This document shows, piece by piece, positions 54,925-64,000 of a DNA stretch of 64,000 nucleotides. The DNA comes from an uncultured cyanobacterium. GTDB lineage: Bacteria > Cyanobacteriota > Cyanobacteriia > Cyanobacteriales > Microcystaceae. The stretch is from assembly GCA_963807635.1 (NCBI GenBank), contig CAWEDJ010000067.1, positions 1 to 64,000 of the forward strand. The letters are read 5' to 3'. The notes under the pieces were generated by a model. That model was not told the DNA's origin. It did not search any database and saw only the letters and a program-made list of their open reading frames with translations. Position numbers and translations under genes: made by a program. How positions within the stretch are numbered: the stretch's first letter is position 1; the number at the start of each line of letters is the position of its first letter.

Positions 54925-55023
54925 GGTGGTTAAGAATAAAATTGAAATTTCTAGCGAGAATATCCCGTTTAATTTAACAGGTATTACAGCTATCTTTCCC
55001 GATTTTGGGGATGGAATTTACAT

Positions 55024-55959
55024 TCATTGTGAAAGAATTTCTTGGGCCTGTTGACAATCTTTGCTGATCTGGGATTTAAGCTCATTGAGGGAAGAAAATT
55101 TTTGTTCGGGACGAAGAAAATCCCATAGTTGAACCGTCAGAGTTTGTTGGTATAAATCTTCTGACCAGCTGAATAAATGGACTTCCGCAATCACCTGATT
55201 TTGACCCAAAGTAGGACGATGACCAATATTCATCACTCCTGCTAAATCGCGGTGGGGAGAATCTTTAATAGAAACTCGCACGCCATACACGCCTAAGCGG
55301 GGCAGTAATTTATAGTCGGGAAGTTGCAAATTAGCTGTGGGAAAACCCAACGTTCTGCCTAATTTTTGGCCGTCCATGACCATGCCTTGCAAACTATAGG
55401 GTCGTCCTAACATCTGATTGGCTTGTTTTATCCTGCCTTCTGCTAGGGCTGTGCGAATGAGGGAACTACTGATGCGCTGTTCTTGTTCTGTTTTTAAGGG
55501 AGTGATCACAACTTCTACGTTAAATTGAGCGGCGATCGCGGATAAATCTTGGGCGGTTCCCTGACGCTGATAACCAAAGCGAAAATCTTGACCAACGGTT
55601 ATTTTCCTAGCGTTTAAATTTTGGACTAAAATTTTCTCTACAAATTCCTGGGGACTCAACTGGGCCAAGTCTTGCTCAAAGGGTAGTAAAACCAATTGCT
55701 GAATCCCTAGTTTTTCTAATTGCTCGACTTTTTCTTCGAGGGTCGTTAACAATAATTGAGCTTGACCACTGAAAAATTCACGGGGATGGGGACTAAAGCT
55801 AACCACTGTCGGATATAGCCTATTTTCTTCCTTATTCGTACCAGAAACCCCAATAATTTGACTTAAAACTTTTGCATGGCCCAAATGAACGCCGTCAAAG
55901 TTGCCGAGGGCGATCGCGTTAGGGCTTAAAATTTCCGTTGTTGATGATGGTATCCACAC
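55024..55959 (-). CDS. ribF: Riboflavin kinase/FAD synthetase
   Basis: GNFDGVHLGH, ISSSLIR and GFPTAN motifs. Confidence 0.96.
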   Translation of the reverse strand: MWIPSSTTEILSPNAIALGNFDGVHLGHAKVLSQIIGVSGTNKEENRLYPTVVSFSPHPREFFSGQAQLLLTTLEEKVEQLEKLGIQQLVLLPFEQDLAQLSPQEFVEKILVQNLNARKITVGQDFRFGYQRQGTAQDLSAIAAQFNVEVVITPLKTEQEQRISSSLIRTALAEGRIKQANQMLGRPYSLQGMVMDGQKLGRTLGFPTANLQLPDYKLLPRLGVYGVRVSIKDSPHRDLAGVMNIGHRPTLGQNQVIAEVHLFSWSEDLYQQTLTVQLWDFLRPEQKFSSLNELKSQISKDCQQAQEILSQ

Positions 55960-56012
55960 GCTTTACATTTTGACACAATTTGGGAGAAGTTCAACCCGTT
56001 CTAAGGAAACGA

Positions 56013-56252
56013 TTAACGACGGACGACTGCGCTAACAATAGTCGTAATGGTAGCGGTGGCCAACAGTCCAAAGGCTAGGTTAACAACCCATTGGGATGCT
56101 TGCTGATAGGCAGAAAAGCGAATCCCCTGTTCTTTACTTTCTTGTCGTAAATCTCTGATTGCTTCGGCATTTTGTTCGACTAAATGCTGAGTGCCTTTTA
56201 ATTCGTCTGCTAGTTTGTCTAGCATTTCATCTGTCCATCTTTCGGTTGTCAT
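56013..56252 (-). CDS. Small coiled-coil protein with C-terminal TM helix
   Basis: ERWTDEMLD...YQQASQWVVNLAFGL. Confidence 0.7.
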   Translation of the reverse strand: MTTERWTDEMLDKLADELKGTQHLVEQNAEAIRDLRQESKEQGIRFSAYQQASQWVVNLAFGLLATATITTIVSAVVRR

Positions 56253-56319
56253 AATTATTTAAGGACATAAACTATTATGTCCCTACCACTACTTTGATAT
56301 GCAATACGCAAAATTAGCC

Positions 56320-56979
56320 TTAGATCGTAACCCCTAAAGGGATCGGACAAGCAACATTGGTTCCGCCCAAACCACAATAGCCATTAGGATTTTTGGCTAA
56401 ATATTGTTGGTGATAATCCTCGGCATAATAAAATTCGGGAGCCTCTAAAATTTCCGTTGTAATAGTCGAATATCCCGATTTATTGAGAGCTTTTTGGTAA
56501 AGATCGCGAGAATCTTCGGCTAATTTCTTTTGTTCGGCTGAATAGGTATAAATCCCCGAACGATATTGGGTTCCTGTATCGTTGCCTTGACGCATTCCCT
56601 GGGTGGGATTATGGCTTTCCCAGAAAACTTTTAATAATTCGCCATAACTAATCACTTTGGGATCATAAACGACAAAGACAACTTCATTATGTCCCGTCAT
56701 CCCCGAACAAACTTCGTGATAGGTGGGATTGGGGGTATAACCTGCGGCATAACCCACTGAGGTCGAATAAACCCCTGGTAATTGCCAAAATTTTCGTTCT
56801 GCGCCCCAAAAACATCCTAAGCCAAACATTGCGGTTTGGTAGCCATCGGGAAAAGGCGGTTTGAGGGGATTTTTATTCACAAAATGGGAAGCAGGGACTT
56901 TCATCTCGGTTGTCCGTCCAGGAAGAGCTTCGTTGGGGCTGGGTAACGCGGCTTTTTTGCCAAATCCAAAGAGTGCCAT
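56320..56979 (-). CDS. msrA: Peptide methionine sulfoxide reductase A
   Basis: GCFWG and AEDYHQQY motifs. Confidence 0.96.
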   Translation of the reverse strand: MALFGFGKKAALPSPNEALPGRTTEMKVPASHFVNKNPLKPPFPDGYQTAMFGLGCFWGAERKFWQLPGVYSTSVGYAAGYTPNPTYHEVCSGMTGHNEVVFVVYDPKVISYGELLKVFWESHNPTQGMRQGNDTGTQYRSGIYTYSAEQKKLAEDSRDLYQKALNKSGYSTITTEILEAPEFYYAEDYHQQYLAKNPNGYCGLGGTNVACPIPLGVTI

Positions 56980-57090
56980 AGTGAGCTTGTCAAAGTAGAG
57001 AAGAAAGTTCTTTTCTAATATAACGAATCTTTAAGCTCTATCTGAATTTGAGGGGACTGTTTAAGATTGTTAAGATGGCGATCGCATTTT

Positions 57091-58027
57091 TCAAACAGGT
57101 TTCTGGGTAAATTGGCGCACTAGATCACAAAAATGGGCAATCGGGGGAATATTCAGGCGATCGCTGGCTGGTCACTAAAACCACTTGACGGGTGAAACCT
57201 TGTTTAAATTTTTGGGAATTTGCATTGGTTTCAGGCAATTCAGCTAGGGAGCGCACCGCTAAGGTGGGATCTTGACGAGCTTCTAAAAGAGCCGTTTGGG
57301 GTAAAAGGGCAATAATTTCACCTTGACGAACAACGCCGCGAAAGGCATCGAGGGTATTCAATTCCATCACAATTTTCAGGGAAATATCTTGATAATTAAA
57401 CCATTCCTGAACTAAACGCTGCATTCCGTAACCGTCTTTGAAAACGACCTGGGGATACTCCACCAACGCTGACCAGGGAACTTTTTCGTATTTCGCGAGG
57501 GGATGGGCCGCCGCCATTAAAATCTCAACCTGTTCTTCATAGAGTAATTCAACCGTCATATCAGGGCTAGAGGTCAAAAAGCGATTGTTCATGACGACGG
57601 CAACATCCACTAATCCGTCCCGTAAAACTTTCAAGGCGCGATCACTCCCCAGAGCGGTGACTCGTAACTGAATTTCGGGAAAATCTCGACAAAATTTCTG
57701 AAGAATCGGCGGTAAATAATGGGAACAGACGGAATGAATGGCGGCAATGCAAAGTTCGGGTTGTTTTCCCGCTTGCAGATCGGCAATTTCTTGACTGGCC
57801 GTTTCCCATTCCTGACAAATTTTACGGGCGCGGGGTAAGAGTTTTTCGCCTGCAACAGTTAATTTTGCCTGGGCTGTGCGATGGAAGAGGGGAAATCCCA
57901 AATCACTTTCCAATGATTGGATCTGCCGACTCACCGTTGATTGGGTAATGCCACATTTACGGGCAGCCTGACCAAAATTTCCACTTTCTGCGATCGCCAA
58001 AAATGCTTGTAACTGCTCAATCCGCAT
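57091..58027 (-). CDS. ntcB: LysR regulator NtcB (frameshift near 57165)
   Basis: MRIEQLQAF, LGSDRALKVL, QVVFKDGYGM; alternate-frame C-terminus DRLNIPPIAHF. Confidence 0.88.
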
Positions 58028-58067
58028 TGATCTTGCTTTTCCGATTACATTATTTCATCAAGTTTTG

Positions 58068-58109
58068 ACAATAACGAATTTCTCTCAAGGGTTTAGTAGA
58101 AATTGATAC
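58068..58109 (-). promoter_or_regulatory. NtcA-activated promoter of ntcB
   Basis: GTA-GAAATTGA-TAC at 58096-58109; TATTGT -10 box exactly 22 nt downstream on the - strand. Confidence 0.8.
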
Positions 58110-58213
58110 AACATGACAAGGTTAAGCTCAGGAATTTCAAGGTTGTCAACCATGGAATAAAGAAAGATCCCAGCATTGCTATAGTGAAGAAGGCTTAAAA
58201 ATTTATAAAACCC

Positions 58214-59296
58214 ATGTCATTGATTCGACTACCCTCACCAGAACTGATTCGAGATTGTGTCCGCCAAGCTTCCAGTTACGTCCCTGGGGAACAGCCCCAA
58301 ACAACGGATTTCATTAAACTCAACACTAATGAAAATCCCTACGCCCCTCCTGTCCAAATTTTTGAGAATTTACAACAAGATTTAGCTAAAGTTCGGCTGT
58401 ATCCCGATCCCGTTGCGACTCAATTACGAAAAGCCGCCGCTAGGGTTTGGGATCTTTCCGTCGATCAAATTCTGGCGGGTAATGGCTCTGACGATATTCT
58501 GAATATTGCTCTGCGGACGTTTGTAAATCCTGGGGAAGTTGTTGCATTTCTCGATTTAACCTATTCGCTTTATCAAACGATCGCCACTGTTCATGGCGTA
58601 GTTATCAAAAAAATCCCGTTAAATGAAAAATTTGAACTAACGGGACCTGTGATTTGTCCAGAAGCAAAATTGATTTTTCTAGCTTCTCCCAATGCGCCCG
58701 TCGGTAAACACTTAAACCGAGAATTTCTAGCCCAAACCTGCGCCCAAGCCAAGGGAATAGTCTTAATTGATGAAGCCTATATTGACTTTTCCGATGAGGA
58801 TCACTGGGATTTTCTGACCCAATTTGATAATGTGATTATTTCTCGGACGCTTTCTAAAAGTTATAGTTTAGCGGGAATGCGAGTCGGTTTTGGTATTAGT
58901 TCCCCCGCGTTGATTCAAGAAATGGACAAAGTGCGGGATTCCTACAATTTAGACCGTTTAGCGCAAAGTTTAGGGACAGCCGCTCTAGAGGCAACTGAGG
59001 ATTTTAAACCCATTTGGCAACAGGTTCGTCAAACTCGCGATCGCTTAAGCACAGAATTACGAAAACTCGATTTTGAGGTCTGTGAATCCGATTCTAACTT
59101 TGTCCTAGCGTCTCCTCAGTGGATTGGGGCATCGGAACTCTATCAACAATTAAAAGCGCGTAAAATTTTAGTCCGTTATTTTAGCCATCCCCGTATTACC
59201 AACTATGTTCGTATTTCCATTGGTACGGATGCAGAGATTGATCAATTATTAGTTGTCATGAAAGCGATTAAAACTGAATTATCCCCCACTAACTAA
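58214..59296 (+). CDS. hisC: Histidinol-phosphate aminotransferase
   Basis: KLNTNENPY, GNGSDD, DEAY and RTLSKSYSLAGMRVG motifs. Confidence 0.88.
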   Translation: MSLIRLPSPELIRDCVRQASSYVPGEQPQTTDFIKLNTNENPYAPPVQIFENLQQDLAKVRLYPDPVATQLRKAAARVWDLSVDQILAGNGSDDILNIALRTFVNPGEVVAFLDLTYSLYQTIATVHGVVIKKIPLNEKFELTGPVICPEAKLIFLASPNAPVGKHLNREFLAQTCAQAKGIVLIDEAYIDFSDEDHWDFLTQFDNVIISRTLSKSYSLAGMRVGFGISSPALIQEMDKVRDSYNLDRLAQSLGTAALEATEDFKPIWQQVRQTRDRLSTELRKLDFEVCESDSNFVLASPQWIGASELYQQLKARKILVRYFSHPRITNYVRISIGTDAEIDQLLVVMKAIKTELSPTN

Positions 59297-59428
59297 GCTG
59301 TCACAAATTGAGATTGCCTCATGATTTTGCTGACATTTTTGTGAAAACGAGCTTAAGCCCCCTTGCTTGTATGTGTTTTAAATAATTAACAGTTTCACCC
59401 GCCTTCATGCTAAATTTTAGGAAAAAAA

Positions 59429-60208
59429 CTATTCAGGAAAATCCACATTGACAATTTGCTTGTCTTGATTAAAGAAAATAAACAAATTGTCAGTTACTTT
59501 TTCAAACTGAATCTCCATAATCACCACATTTGGCGCCGACATTGTGCCGCCTGGTTGGTGTTGAATCGCTAGGATTTTTTGGAATGGGCCAGTCCGTTTA
59601 AGGAGGTTTGTCCAGCTTTTTTCAATATTTTCAGCAAAAAATTCTGTTTTGAGCGCAGGACTCAAATAACCTCTGGCACGAGCATAATCTTTAGCGACGA
59701 TATCATTGACAAATGCCTCAGCAATTTTCTCAACACTTTTATTAAAAGGCCAATTGACCGCGATCACTTCTTGCTTTTTATTAAAAGTAACCAAAATATT
59801 CTCAGATCCTTTGGCAAATTGAGTGGTCACCTTTACTACATCAGCATTAATAATATCGATCGCCTTAGAACGGATTACTTTTTGAAAGGGCCCAAACTGA
59901 CTAATGACTTCTGCTTCCCAGAGAGCTTGAATTTGTTCGGGTGTCCAATTTTTTTGTAGTTTTTTTGCTAAAATTGCTCTGGCTTGGCTAGACTTATTTT
60001 TCCCTAGTAATTCGATAAATTCTTCAGCTTGTTTCTTAATATCTTGTTTCTGGGTATCTGTTAAAGTCTGAGCAATTTCTACCTGAGTAACTTGAGATTG
60101 AGCTTGAAGGGGAAAAATAGCAGAAGCCACAAGAATAGCTAGAAATAAGCTTGATGAATTGATTTTTCCGTATTTTTGAGTAAATAAACGTAATTGATTG
60201 ATGAACAT
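59429..60208 (-). CDS. Exported protein with two DUF3887-like repeats
   Basis: Signal peptide; internal duplication AExF...W...GPFQK. Confidence 0.75.
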   Translation of the reverse strand: MFINQLRLFTQKYGKINSSSLFLAILVASAIFPLQAQSQVTQVEIAQTLTDTQKQDIKKQAEEFIELLGKNKSSQARAILAKKLQKNWTPEQIQALWEAEVISQFGPFQKVIRSKAIDIINADVVKVTTQFAKGSENILVTFNKKQEVIAVNWPFNKSVEKIAEAFVNDIVAKDYARARGYLSPALKTEFFAENIEKSWTNLLKRTGPFQKILAIQHQPGGTMSAPNVVIMEIQFEKVTDNLFIFFNQDKQIVNVDFPE

Positions 60209-60391
60209 TAAGTCACTCCTTAACCAATAAATTCTTCTCTTTAGTGTAAGAGATAAGAGTCACAGCGTTATCGTTATGTAACGGGGCTTTTGCTATGATA
60301 ACAAGGGGCTATGCCGTTGATGAAGTATTTGCTTAAATCGCCTACCCTCAAATCCCATCCTTTTAAATTCGATAGAAGTAGAGAGACTAGA

Positions 60392-62089
60392 ATGCTACGA
60401 CTGGAACACATTAGTAAAATTTATCCGACGGGCGAGGTCTTGAAGGATGTCACTTGGGAAGTCAAAACGGGCGATCGCATTGGACTCGTTGGGGTCAACG
60501 GTGCGGGAAAGTCCACTCAATTAAAAATAATCATGGGGGATATCGAGCCGACCTCTGGAGAAATTATTCGGCCAGCAAGTTTACATATTGGTTATCTGAC
60601 CCAGGAATTTGAAGTAGATCCCAGTCGCACGGTACGGGAAGAATTTTGGATGGTTTTTGAAGAAGCCAATCAGGTGCATCATCGTCTGAATCAAATTCAC
60701 CACGACATGGAAGCGGCCGATCCTGAAACCTTAGATAAATTAATCCATGAATTAGATGATTTACAGCGTAAATTTGAAGCCCTCGATGGTTACGGCCTAG
60801 ATACTCGCATTGAAAAAATCATGCCTGAAATGGGGTTTGACCTCGAAGACGGCGATCGTCTAGTCAGTGCCTTTAGTGGTGGTTGGCAGATGCGGATGAG
60901 TTTGGGGAAAATTTTATTGCAAAAACCCGATATCTTACTATTGGATGAACCGACTAACCATCTAGATTTAGAAACCATTGAATGGTTAGAAAAATACCTC
61001 AAAGGACTCAATACGCCAATGGTGATTGTCTCCCATGACCGAGAATTTTTAGACCGTTTGTGTAACCAAATTGTGGAAACTGAGCGCGGAGTTTCTACTA
61101 CCTATTTAGGGAATTATTCCACCTATTTACAACAAAAACAAGAACTTCAGGAAGCTCAACTGAGTGCCTACGAACGGCAACAAAAAGAATTAGAAAAACA
61201 ACAGGTTTTTGTCGATCGCTTTCGGGCCAGCGCGACCCGTAGTACCCAGGCAAAAAGTCGAGAAAAACAATTAGATAAAGTTGAGCGTATCGAAGCCCCT
61301 ACAAGTTCTGTCCGTTCTCTTCATTTTCGTTTTCCTCCTTCTTCTCGGAGTGGCAGGGAAGTCGTGACCATCCAGAATTTGGTTCATAGTTATGGCGATA
61401 AAATTCTTTTCTTGGATGCAGAATTATTAGTCGAACGTGGCGATCGCATTGCTTTTCTAGGCCCAAATGGTGCAGGAAAATCGACGCTCTTACGCTTAAT
61501 TATGGGCATGGAAACTCCTAGTGAAGGAATTGCGGAAATTGGGAAACATAATGTGATTTCTGGCTATTTTGAGCAGAATCAAGCCGAAGCGTTAGATCTT
61601 AATAAAACTGTTCTGGACACTATTCACGATGAAGTTCCTGAGTGGAAAAATGAAGAAGTTCGTACCCTCTTAGGACGTTTTTTATTTAGTGGAGAAACAG
61701 TTTTCAAAAAAGTTGAATCCTTAAGTGGAGGAGAAAAAGCTCGATTAGCCCTAGCAAAAATGTTACTCCAACCTGCTAATTTACTCATTTTAGATGAGCC
61801 GACTAATCACCTTGATATTCCCGCCAAGGAGATGCTAGAAGAAGCTCTGCAAAATTATGACGGAACAGTCTTAATTGTTTCCCATGATCGTTATTTTATT
61901 TCCCAAGCGGCGAATAAAATTGTGGAAATTCGGGATGGAGAGTTAATTCTTTATCGCGGAGATTACCATTATTATTTAGATAAAATTGAGGAAGAAAAAC
62001 AAAAAGCAGAACAAGAACGCATTGTCGCCGAACAAGCTGCTAAGTCTGCCGCTAAAAAGGCGAAACAAAAGGCTAAAAAAGGAAAATAA
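60392..62089 (+). CDS. ABC-F family ATPase
   Basis: Two GxNGAGKST / LDEPTNHLD domains; no TM segments. Confidence 0.94.
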   Translation: MLRLEHISKIYPTGEVLKDVTWEVKTGDRIGLVGVNGAGKSTQLKIIMGDIEPTSGEIIRPASLHIGYLTQEFEVDPSRTVREEFWMVFEEANQVHHRLNQIHHDMEAADPETLDKLIHELDDLQRKFEALDGYGLDTRIEKIMPEMGFDLEDGDRLVSAFSGGWQMRMSLGKILLQKPDILLLDEPTNHLDLETIEWLEKYLKGLNTPMVIVSHDREFLDRLCNQIVETERGVSTTYLGNYSTYLQQKQELQEAQLSAYERQQKELEKQQVFVDRFRASATRSTQAKSREKQLDKVERIEAPTSSVRSLHFRFPPSSRSGREVVTIQNLVHSYGDKILFLDAELLVERGDRIAFLGPNGAGKSTLLRLIMGMETPSEGIAEIGKHNVISGYFEQNQAEALDLNKTVLDTIHDEVPEWKNEEVRTLLGRFLFSGETVFKKVESLSGGEKARLALAKMLLQPANLLILDEPTNHLDIPAKEMLEEALQNYDGTVLIVSHDRYFISQAANKIVEIRDGELILYRGDYHYYLDKIEEEKQKAEQERIVAEQAAKSAAKKAKQKAKKGK

Positions 62090-62325
62090 GGGGTACTGAT
62101 TCAGTCTAATTGTTAGGCTGAAATCCTTACCTGATAAGGGATAAACAGAGAACACGAAGTTGAAGAAGCTCTTCCCAAGGATGCAGTTTCTTTCTCAAAG
62201 ATATTGAGTTGACCTTCACCTTTTACCAATTTGATGACTCTTTACACCGACATCTTCGCCCGACTAACCATCACTAACCATAGGGATCTGTGGGCGATCG
62301 CGAAATATTCAAGGTCAATCGTATT

Positions 62326-64000
62326 TTATCGAACAGGGGTACGATGCAATAACAAAAAGGTTTTAGCTTCTTCTCCTTTCATGGGTTTACTAAACCGATA
62401 TCCCTGCATCAAAAAACAGCTTAGATTTTCTAAAATATCGGTTTGTGATTGTGTTTCCACTCCTTTTGCAATTACCTGAATATTAAGATTTTTTCCCAAA
62501 TTGATAAAGGTTGTCATTATTTTGATCGCCTGGGGATTATCTTCCAACTTCGTAATAAAAGATTGATCAACTTTAATTTTTTTAATCGGAAGTTCGATCA
62601 AATAACGAATAGAAGCATAATGTTTACCAAAATCATCCAGACAAAAACTAACGCCTAGCTGGTCTAAAGATCGAATAATTTTTTGAGCATCTTCTATGTG
62701 ATGAAGCAGAAAAGATTCTGAGATTTCAAACTCCAGCCAACGTGAATCCAGTTGGGTTTCTGTTAAAATTTCTTCTAGTAATCGAGGAAGATTTGGATGA
62801 TAAAATTGCTTCTCTGATAAGTTCACAGACATGACCAAAGGAGAAATTCCTGCTTGTTGCCATCTCACATTTTGATTACAGGCTTCTGTTAAAATCCAAC
62901 GATTTAGGGGATCGGTCAATTCTGTTTTATCTGCCCAGGGAAGAAATTTCTCTGGTGTTATCAAACCTTTCTGGGGATGATGCCAACGAACAAACGCTTC
63001 GATCGCTTCTACCCCCCCTGTTTGTAGATTAATTTGAGGTTGGTAATAAAGATCTAATTCTTCGTATTTGATTGCCCGATGCAAACGTTTTTCTACCTGC
63101 GATCGGCGATTAGACAATTCAAGGGAAGAAGACGGAACGGATTGAGATTCTAACTTTGCTTGGGTTAGACGGGATTGTAAAAGATTCAGAATTTTTTGAC
63201 TATCATTAGCATCCTGGGGATAAACTGCAACGGCATGATGGGTTTGAATATGGATTCGCTCCCCGTTAATCGTCATATTCTGATGAATGGTTGAAAGAAT
63301 ACGCTGAACGATCGCAGTGGAATTTTCAATATTCTGAATTTGGGGTAATAAAATACTCACTTGGGAATCTCCCCAACGAGCAACAATATCTCCATTTCGT
63401 AAACGATTTTGAATACTTTTACCAATATTTTTCAGAATCTTATCTGCCCATTCTTTTTGAGCATCATGATGTGTGCCAGAAAAAAGATCCAAGTCAACTA
63501 ATAAAACTGCAACATGATATTGATATCGTTTTGCATTAGAAACTGCGATGTAAAGATATTCATTAAACAGGGTTTGATTGGGTAATCCTGTTACAGCGTC
63601 TAAATAGGAATAGTCCGCGAAGGTATCCTCATTATCGCTAGTTTTCTTGACATCCGTATCATCTTCTGAGAGGATTAGTGTTTTTTTTGCCTGTATATTT
63701 TCATCGGAGGAATATTGTTTATTCTCTTCTGACTCAGAATTTCCTTCCGAATTTAAACCCGATGTAAAAGTTGCACTGTCTCTTCTTCCCATATGATGGT
63801 AACTAGCATTTACGTCACAACCAAAATTAATTAAATCACCATCTTTTAACTCATGAACAAGACACTTTTCTCCGTTAACAAAAATACCATTTTGGCTTTT
63901 ATTTCCTTCTAAATCTCCATCAACAATTAGATAGGTAAATTGATTTAATTTAGTATTAAATTTGCGGACAAAGGTGGCATGATGTCGTGATAATTGACGA
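62326..64000 (-). CDS. FHA-GGDEF-EAL protein, 5' partial, degenerate catalytic motifs
   Basis: Frame stays open upstream of 63792 with FHA motifs SRHHA..SQNGIFVNG..LKDGDLI; WGDSQ, EAF, DDFG and KGVET. Confidence 0.85.
   Translation of the reverse strand, partial: RQLSRHHATFVRKFNTKLNQFTYLIVDGDLEGNKSQNGIFVNGEKCLVHELKDGDLINFGCDVNASYHHMGRRDSATFTSGLNSEGNSESEENKQYSSDENIQAKKTLILSEDDTDVKKTSDNEDTFADYSYLDAVTGLPNQTLFNEYLYIAVSNAKRYQYHVAVLLVDLDLFSGTHHDAQKEWADKILKNIGKSIQNRLRNGDIVARWGDSQVSILLPQIQNIENSTAIVQRILSTIHQNMTINGERIHIQTHHAVAVYPQDANDSQKILNLLQSRLTQAKLESQSVPSSSLELSNRRSQVEKRLHRAIKYEELDLYYQPQINLQTGGVEAIEAFVRWHHPQKGLITPEKFLPWADKTELTDPLNRWILTEACNQNVRWQQAGISPLVMSVNLSEKQFYHPNLPRLLEEILTETQLDSRWLEFEISESFLLHHIEDAQKIIRSLDQLGVSFCLDDFGKHYASIRYLIELPIKKIKVDQSFITKLEDNPQAIKIMTTFINLGKNLNIQVIAKGVETQSQTDILENLSCFLMQGYRFSKPMKGEEAKTFLLLHRTPVR

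Noticed and set aside
6837..58027. pirC, ntcA and ntcB as a nitrogen supercluster with the NHase operon
   Set aside because: They are 8-25 kb from the operon and interleaved with unrelated housekeeping genes, so co-location is probably chance.
62100..62325. Possible transposase remnant between the ABC-F and EAL genes
   Set aside because: No recognisable protein motif or terminal repeats.

Overview
Chromosomal window from a unicellular cyanobacterium. Evidence: dense HIP1 GCGATCGC octamers plus psbU, ntcA, ntcB, pirC, flv3 and tic22; a Synechocystis/Microcystis-like lineage is an inference. Most of it is housekeeping: tilS, prfA, pyrF, gcvT, rimP-nusA-ylxR-infB, coaBC, tsaC-prmC, der, ribF, msrA, hisC and tRNA-Arg(CCG). 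About 18 genes, including essential ones, carry single-base frameshifts that look like long-read assembly errors. Mobile DNA comprises one IS3 element, one IS5 element, a probable MITE and GTAG-type REP palindromes. The stand-out locus (32.9-38.9 kb) is a divergent AraC regulator facing a five-gene operon. The operon encodes a small secreted two-Cys protein, an SLH/OprB-type porin, a nitrile-hydratase alpha subunit, a beta subunit and a His-tailed accessory protein. The alpha subunit has a twin-arginine (Tat) signal peptide and a Co-type CTVCSCY motif that the ORF track hides behind a frameshift. This suggests a periplasmic, porin-coupled nitrile/thiocyanate hydratase-like system with no adjacent amidase.
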